64,000 nucleotides of DNA from Sedimentisphaerales bacterium (GTDB lineage Bacteria > Planctomycetota > Phycisphaerae > Sedimentisphaerales > Anaerobacaceae). The notes beneath the pieces are model-generated. The model ran no database searches. It saw nothing but the letters and a program-made list of their open reading frames with translations, and was not told where the DNA came from. Shown here piece by piece: positions 58,864 through 64,000 of this stretch. The position numbers and the translations under genes were made by a program. The number at the start of each line of letters is the position of its first letter. Position 1 is the first letter of the stretch. Where the stretch lies: positions 448,001 through 512,000 of the forward strand of contig JAXGYC010000008.1 in NCBI GenBank assembly GCA_040772485.1, read 5' to 3'.

Positions 58864-59671
58864 CGTCCTTTCTTGTCTTGTCCGCATGTTCGAGGCGCGA
58901 GACCTCGGATTTCCGTGCGATGCAGAACAGGTTTGCCGAGTCGAAGTATTTCGCATCCCACGCCATGCCTCTGGCGATTGCCGCATGAAGGGGCGCAACC
59001 CGGCCGACGAGCAGGTCCGCCATTCTCAACACGCGATGGAAGAGGCCGGCGCCGTCGAACTCAACGGCATCGAACCCGCTGCACCGCAGCAGGCGGGCCA
59101 GATGGGCTGCGGAGAAATGCTCGTGCCAGCGTTTAGTCGCCGAGACGTCGCCGATCAGGCCGTCGGCGTTGCGGAGGTACCGCGCGTCGTATTCCGCCTG
59201 CGAATGCGTCCGGCAGTAGTACCAGCGGTGCAGCCGGGGAAACCGAAATTTGAGATTGCCCATATCCAGGAACGAGAACACATGCCGACCGGGAACGGTG
59301 ACGACCAGCACGCCATCGTCCGACAGGACGCGGTGCAGCTCGTCCAGCAGCCCTTCCTGCTCGCCGACGTGTTCGAGAACGTCCATCAGCGTGATCGACG
59401 AGAACATCGCGTCCGGAAACGGCAGAGGCATGGCCCCGTCGATATGGATAATCTCCAGTCCGCCCGAGGCCTTCTGTGCCCGCTCGACCGCCTGACGGCT
59501 GACGTCGACGCCCACGAGGCACTTGATCCCTTTGGCCTTCAACGCCCGGAGGAATCGTCCGTCCCCGCAGCCGAAGTCCAGATGCGCCTCCCCGCCGGCG
59601 GGCACATGCTGCCATGCAAACGCGTAGCGGTCCCATTTGTACGGGTTGCCGGTTGTGAATCGTGTGCGCAT
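58790..59671 (-). CDS. Class I SAM-dependent methyltransferase
   Basis: LDFGCGDG, GVDVS, LPFPD, DVLEHV. Confidence 0.9.
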   Translation of the reverse strand: MRTRFTTGNPYKWDRYAFAWQHVPAGGEAHLDFGCGDGRFLRALKAKGIKCLVGVDVSRQAVERAQKASGGLEIIHIDGAMPLPFPDAMFSSITLMDVLEHVGEQEGLLDELHRVLSDDGVLVVTVPGRHVFSFLDMGNLKFRFPRLHRWYYCRTHSQAEYDARYLRNADGLIGDVSATKRWHEHFSAAHLARLLRCSGFDAVEFDGAGLFHRVLRMADLLVGRVAPLHAAIARGMAWDAKYFDSANLFCIARKSEVSRLEHADKTRKDDGTTCHHLEAVDPQHAVQPAGPRQ

Positions 59672-59691
59672 ACGCTTGACTTGCCGGGTCC

Positions 59692-61206
59692 TCAGTCGAG
59701 CTTTGGCGGCGCGACGACCTGCCACAACGGACCGGCCCGGCGAAGGTCGTATTTGCCAAGCACAAACCGCGGCGCGTAACCCTGGCGGTCCGAGGTCACA
59801 TAGACCGGCCGGGAGGCCAAGAGTTGGTCGAACAACTCGGCATCGTACGGCGGCGCCCCCCTGCTGCGGATGATGCCCGTGACAACGTGCACATCGGGAC
59901 GCCGGCCCTCGACCTCCTGCACCAGCAGCAGCGGCGCCACGGTCGTCGTGTCGGCATAAATGAACGCATCGGGACCGGCCGCCCCCAGCGCATCGCGTGC
60001 GAACCGCTCAGCGCCGTCATCGCTCGTCTTCCACGGCCGCAGGAAATAGACGTAGTCGTCGCGGTACGCGATGTCGGCCCGCGTTCCGATGTCCAGACCC
60101 ATCCGGCGGGCCACCCCTGGCGCCGCCGCATACACCGCTGGAGGCAGCAGTGCGAGGGCCACGATGAGCATCGCAGTCGCCCGGCGAGGCACGCGTTCTT
60201 GAATGCGATGCGCGCCCAGACCGATAATCGCCGATGTCACGGCGTAGAACGGGATGAAGAAGGCGTAGCGGTCGGAGACGGTGTAGCGAAACGCAAAGAC
60301 GAAGAACAGCACGAGCAACGCCGCGAGAATGGAACGGAACAGCGGGACGGACCGTATCTTGCACAGCGCTGCGCAACCAATGACAAGCAGCAGCGCGTTC
60401 GGAGTAGGAAAGTTCAGCATGATCAGGAGGACGTTCTCCCTGACGAGCGTCCACGACAAGGCCGCGTTGAGCACATCCGCTTGCCAGCGATCCCCGAACG
60501 CGGCGGAAGCGAGCGTAGCGAGGATCTGGCCGCTATGGATCATCCGCCGGACGATCAGATACTCGTAGGGCAACGCGCCGAGAATCCACAGCAGAGCCAC
60601 GATCGCAACATCCCTTGCGCGCACGCGTCTTCGCACCAGCAGAACAACCATGAACACGGCGTAACAGACCAGCGGAAGGACCGCGAGCATGTGCACCGAG
60701 ACAGCCAAGCCATTGACCAGACCCAGGGCGTAGAGATATCGCGTTTGGCCCGTGCGGCCATATTGCAGCAGCACGACCAGCTCGCCCAGAAACAGCGCCG
60801 TCCACAGCGTGTACGTCTCCGCGATGCTCGCGTGCTGCCAGAACGTGTGCGACAGCGCCAGCGTCAACGCCGCGACAAGGGCGGGGAATTCCTTGCCCGC
60901 CCAGAGCCGCACGAGCAGGTACAGATTCGCCACCGCCACCGCCCCGGCGAAGGCCGAGACCAGGTTAACCCTGTGGGCAAACGAACCGAGCGGGATGTAC
61001 TTGGCGGCGATGGCCACGAGATAGAACAGCGGATGCGCGATCGCCAGTCCGAGAAATCCTTCGATATCGTTGTGCCAGACGCGAAGTTGAATCAATCCGC
61101 TGTCCTGCCACAGCGCCCCCGGCGCGCAACTGATCCCATACAGGACCCCTGCCCCGAGGAGCACGACAAGATACACGATCCCTATGCGCGTGGTTGTCTT
61201 GGGCAT
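59692..61206 (-). CDS. DUF2723 (TMEM260-like) GT-C membrane glycosyltransferase
   Basis: APGALWQDSG, IAHPLF, RVNLVSA, TFWQHASIAETY, LAVSVH. Confidence 0.78.
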   Translation of the reverse strand: MPKTTTRIGIVYLVVLLGAGVLYGISCAPGALWQDSGLIQLRVWHNDIEGFLGLAIAHPLFYLVAIAAKYIPLGSFAHRVNLVSAFAGAVAVANLYLLVRLWAGKEFPALVAALTLALSHTFWQHASIAETYTLWTALFLGELVVLLQYGRTGQTRYLYALGLVNGLAVSVHMLAVLPLVCYAVFMVVLLVRRRVRARDVAIVALLWILGALPYEYLIVRRMIHSGQILATLASAAFGDRWQADVLNAALSWTLVRENVLLIMLNFPTPNALLLVIGCAALCKIRSVPLFRSILAALLVLFFVFAFRYTVSDRYAFFIPFYAVTSAIIGLGAHRIQERVPRRATAMLIVALALLPPAVYAAAPGVARRMGLDIGTRADIAYRDDYVYFLRPWKTSDDGAERFARDALGAAGPDAFIYADTTTVAPLLLVQEVEGRRPDVHVVTGIIRSRGAPPYDAELFDQLLASRPVYVTSDRQGYAPRFVLGKYDLRRAGPLWQVVAPPKLD

Positions 61207-61234
61207 GAATGTGATGTGCGAATTGCGTTCGGCG

Positions 61235-64000
61235 TCAACTGACGGTGACGACGAGCCCTTCGTTGCTGATACTGTAGTCGAAGAAGCGGGCCCGCTCGTT
61301 CGGCGGCTCGGTCTGGAGCATGCGGCGGACCTTCGCGGCATCGGAGCCCGACTTGCAGACCATCAGAAGGAAGCCGCCTCCGCCGGCGCCGAGCAGCTTG
61401 GCCCCGTGGATGTGCGGCCGGACACGCGCCAGCAGCGCCTCGATCTGTGCATTGCTGCTGTTCGGGTCCAACCGCTTGTTGAGCTGCCAGGCGGCCTCAA
61501 CCAGATGCCCGAACCGCGCGAGGTCCTTGCGAATGAAGGCGTCCATCACCTCCCGCGCGACCTGCCCGATGTGCGACAGCGTCGCCATCGTGGCCCGTTC
61601 ACGATTCAGATACCGGCCCACCACCTGCTGAAGGATGTTCTTGGCCAGCCGTGTGATCCCGGTATAGTACAGCAGCGTCACCTTATCATTACACATCGGG
61701 TCTATAATATCCGCTGGCACGTAATGGATGTGCGCGTCCGGGACCATGCCCGCCTGCGACACGATCATCTTGACGCCGTCGACGACGCCTCCGATCTGGT
61801 CCTGCCAGCCTCCGCCGGTGGTCAGCGCCTGCTCGAGGCGCAACACCTGGTGGAACAGCTCCCGCTGCGAGAGGTCCTTGCCGACGACCCGCGCGATCGC
61901 GGCGGTAATCACCGCGCCCATGATACTGGAGGTTCCCAGGCCGCTTCCCTTGGGAATGGCGGCCAGGGTCGTCAACTCGATTCCGCCTCCAAAGTCCTCC
62001 AGCGCCTTTCGCAGGGAACCCGCCTCCGACCGGCCGCCCGGTCGGGGCGACAGGCCCGATAACGCCAGGGCCGCCTTGGCCAAGGCAAAACTGCCGGTGG
62101 CTTTGCGGTAGTCCAGCAGGTCCTCGAACCGGCGAACCTCGATGCGAACGCCCAAGTCGATCGAGCCGATGCGGATGACCGGCTCGTCGATCACGCGGAC
62201 GTACGCCTGGATCGGCGGCTGTCCGTTGAGGTTGACCGCCGCGTTCACCACGCAGCCGCCCCACTCGAGCGAATAGGGAGGCGTGTCGGTCCAGCCCCCG
62301 CCGATATCGAGCCGCGCCGGCGCGCGGGCCCAGACGATCTCATCGCTGCGCAGCACGCTGCGAGGCGACGCCGCTTCGACGATCCCGCTGCCGACGATCG
62401 ACCGCTCCAGCACCTCAAACGCCGCCTGCTGCGCCCGCTGTGACCATGCCAGAATCGACGTGTTGCGCGTCGGAAGCAGGCCGAGAGATTTCAGCCATTT
62501 ACACTGAGTTCGCGTCAACTCCTCTTCGATGCCGCCAAGCACCTCGACCGCCGGCGCATCGCGACCTTCACACAGGCGGGCCAGAGCCGATCCCAGCGTG
62601 TGCAGGACTCGGGAGAAGGTCAGCGCGGCCATGCCGTGATTCTCCCGGCTCTCGCAATACCGATGTGCTTCCTTCAGAATATCGGCGATCCAGGCCGCGA
62701 CGTCGTCCCGGTCGCGCAGCAGCGAGGCCAACTCCTGTGAGGAGAACTTGCTTTCCGGCCGGAACATCCGGCGCCAGGAGCGGCGGATCTCCTGCGCCCT
62801 GATCCGGCTGCGACGACGGTAGAACTCGACGTGATCGGCCATCGCCAGAATCTGTTCGAGGCTGTACCGGTCGGCCGTCCGCCAGGCGGAACGTTGCTCC
62901 TGCGAAGCAGCCGGTGGGTCGAACATCCACAGCCAGCGACGGTAGTCGCTGTGCACCTTCACCGCGGGAAACAGGCGGGCATTCCAGATACTCCGCTCAT
63001 TCGCTGCGACCCGACGATCCCAGACATCCTGGGGCTTGGCGCCGACGTCGGCCAGCCAGCCAAGCAGGTCTTTGCCGCAAAAGACAGCACCCTGGCCGGC
63101 TGGCTCCTTGAGCGCATCGTCGATTCCGTAGCAGCGAACGAACCAGACCCGGGCCGCATCGCGGTCGCGCCCTTCGATCACATCGACACATGCGCCCGCC
63201 GGCACCACCAGCGGCTGCTCGACATCGACGCCGACGACCACGTTGCCCCCACCCAGAGTCAGCGAGGACGCGATCCGGCAGCCCTCGACCCAGGCGCCGG
63301 TCCCCTGGACCGTCGCCGGTGGCACGACCTCGTTGTTGATATCGAGGTAGGTTTGCAGGAAGGAGATGCCCCGATCCTCCTGGAGCAGCCGGGTTCCGTT
63401 GCTGAGAATCCCCCTGCTGCTGCCGAAGTCGAGGAAGTCGCAGTGCTTGAGCAACTGCACGCTGAATGGCGTTTCGCCCAGCACGTCGAACAGCTCCGCC
63501 AACATGGTGTCCGACCACCTCGAGCCGCTGCCGCGTGCCGACTTGACGTAGTCTTCCAGACGGGTCTGCGTCCCCATCGCACAGCAAATCTCGCGGTAGA
63601 AGTCGAGCCCGCGCTCCAGCACCGCCCTGCCCCGCCTGCCCGCCAGGACCAGGCCGCCCCGCTCGTCGCGGCGAGCGCCGAAGACTTGCAGCAGGCGAAC
63701 CGCCGTGGCGGCGTCGAAGTGCATCACGCCGATGTCCAGACAGCTCTGTCCGTACGCGTTGATCGCTCCGTGGGCCTTCTGCTCGGGGATGGAAGGCTTT
63801 TGCAGGTACAGGCTCACCTCGTCGGCCGGTCCCTGGCAGAACACGCCGTGCCGGCTCGCCTGCTCGGGACTGGCGTAGCATGCGAGCCCCGTGATGCCCT
63901 GCTTCGTCAGGCGGATGTCCGACGGATCGAATCGCAACAGGACGTCGCCCGAGGCGATCACCACCTGCCCCTGACCGTGCTGCGGCGCCGGCAGCGCCAG
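61235..64000 (-). CDS. fkp: Bifunctional L-fucokinase/GDP-fucose pyrophosphorylase (5' end outside window)
   Basis: SGDVLL..HGVF..LQKPS; APARLDIGGGWTDTPP, IPKGSGLGTSS, TTGGGWQDQ, KLLGAGGGGF. Confidence 0.88.
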   Translation of the reverse strand: MALPAPQHGQGQVVIASGDVLLRFDPSDIRLTKQGITGLACYASPEQASRHGVFCQGPADEVSLYLQKPSIPEQKAHGAINAYGQSCLDIGVMHFDAATAVRLLQVFGARRDERGGLVLAGRRGRAVLERGLDFYREICCAMGTQTRLEDYVKSARGSGSRWSDTMLAELFDVLGETPFSVQLLKHCDFLDFGSSRGILSNGTRLLQEDRGISFLQTYLDINNEVVPPATVQGTGAWVEGCRIASSLTLGGGNVVVGVDVEQPLVVPAGACVDVIEGRDRDAARVWFVRCYGIDDALKEPAGQGAVFCGKDLLGWLADVGAKPQDVWDRRVAANERSIWNARLFPAVKVHSDYRRWLWMFDPPAASQEQRSAWRTADRYSLEQILAMADHVEFYRRRSRIRAQEIRRSWRRMFRPESKFSSQELASLLRDRDDVAAWIADILKEAHRYCESRENHGMAALTFSRVLHTLGSALARLCEGRDAPAVEVLGGIEEELTRTQCKWLKSLGLLPTRNTSILAWSQRAQQAAFEVLERSIVGSGIVEAASPRSVLRSDEIVWARAPARLDIGGGWTDTPPYSLEWGGCVVNAAVNLNGQPPIQAYVRVIDEPVIRIGSIDLGVRIEVRRFEDLLDYRKATGSFALAKAALALSGLSPRPGGRSEAGSLRKALEDFGGGIELTTLAAIPKGSGLGTSSIMGAVITAAIARVVGKDLSQRELFHQVLRLEQALTTGGGWQDQIGGVVDGVKMIVSQAGMVPDAHIHYVPADIIDPMCNDKVTLLYYTGITRLAKNILQQVVGRYLNRERATMATLSHIGQVAREVMDAFIRKDLARFGHLVEAAWQLNKRLDPNSSNAQIEALLARVRPHIHGAKLLGAGGGGFLLMVCKSGSDAAKVRRMLQTEPPNERARFFDYSISNEGLVVTVS

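Overview
GC-rich bacterial chromosomal segment. Gene content suggests Planctomycetota, probably Phycisphaerae/Sedimentisphaerales-like (inference from the many ECF/anti-sigma pairs, LamG/discoidin surface proteins, PQQ-like propeller, FGE-like proteins, a PAPGA-type PEP-CTERM tail and mcsAB). From left to right: a POT peptide transporter; an ECF sigma/anti-sigma operon whose anti-sigma C-terminal discoidin-like domain recurs as the next, free secreted protein; secreted LamG, propeller and PKD proteins; a second ECF/anti-sigma pair; a hybrid PAS/GAF kinase; mcsBA, coaD, DUF503; purM, purF, rdgB; a damaged DNA methyltransferase; heparinase-like and S41 peptidase genes behind a third ECF/anti-sigma pair; and a ~19 kb glycan locus (fkp, DUF2723, methyltransferase, flippase, Wzy/ligase, GT4s, wecB, DegT, sugar transferase, KamA-like, TIGR03790). 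The best-supported hidden structure is a 2.57 kb IS1380-family (ISEcp1-like) unit at 25491-28061. It holds a defective transposase plus a captured hydrolase gene beyond the IS right end, is bounded by CATC direct repeats, and splits a minimal nucleotidyltransferase gene that rejoins in frame when the unit is removed. Several small intergenic repeat families are also present. No rRNA, tRNA or CRISPR array was seen. Product calls come from motif recognition by eye, not database searches.
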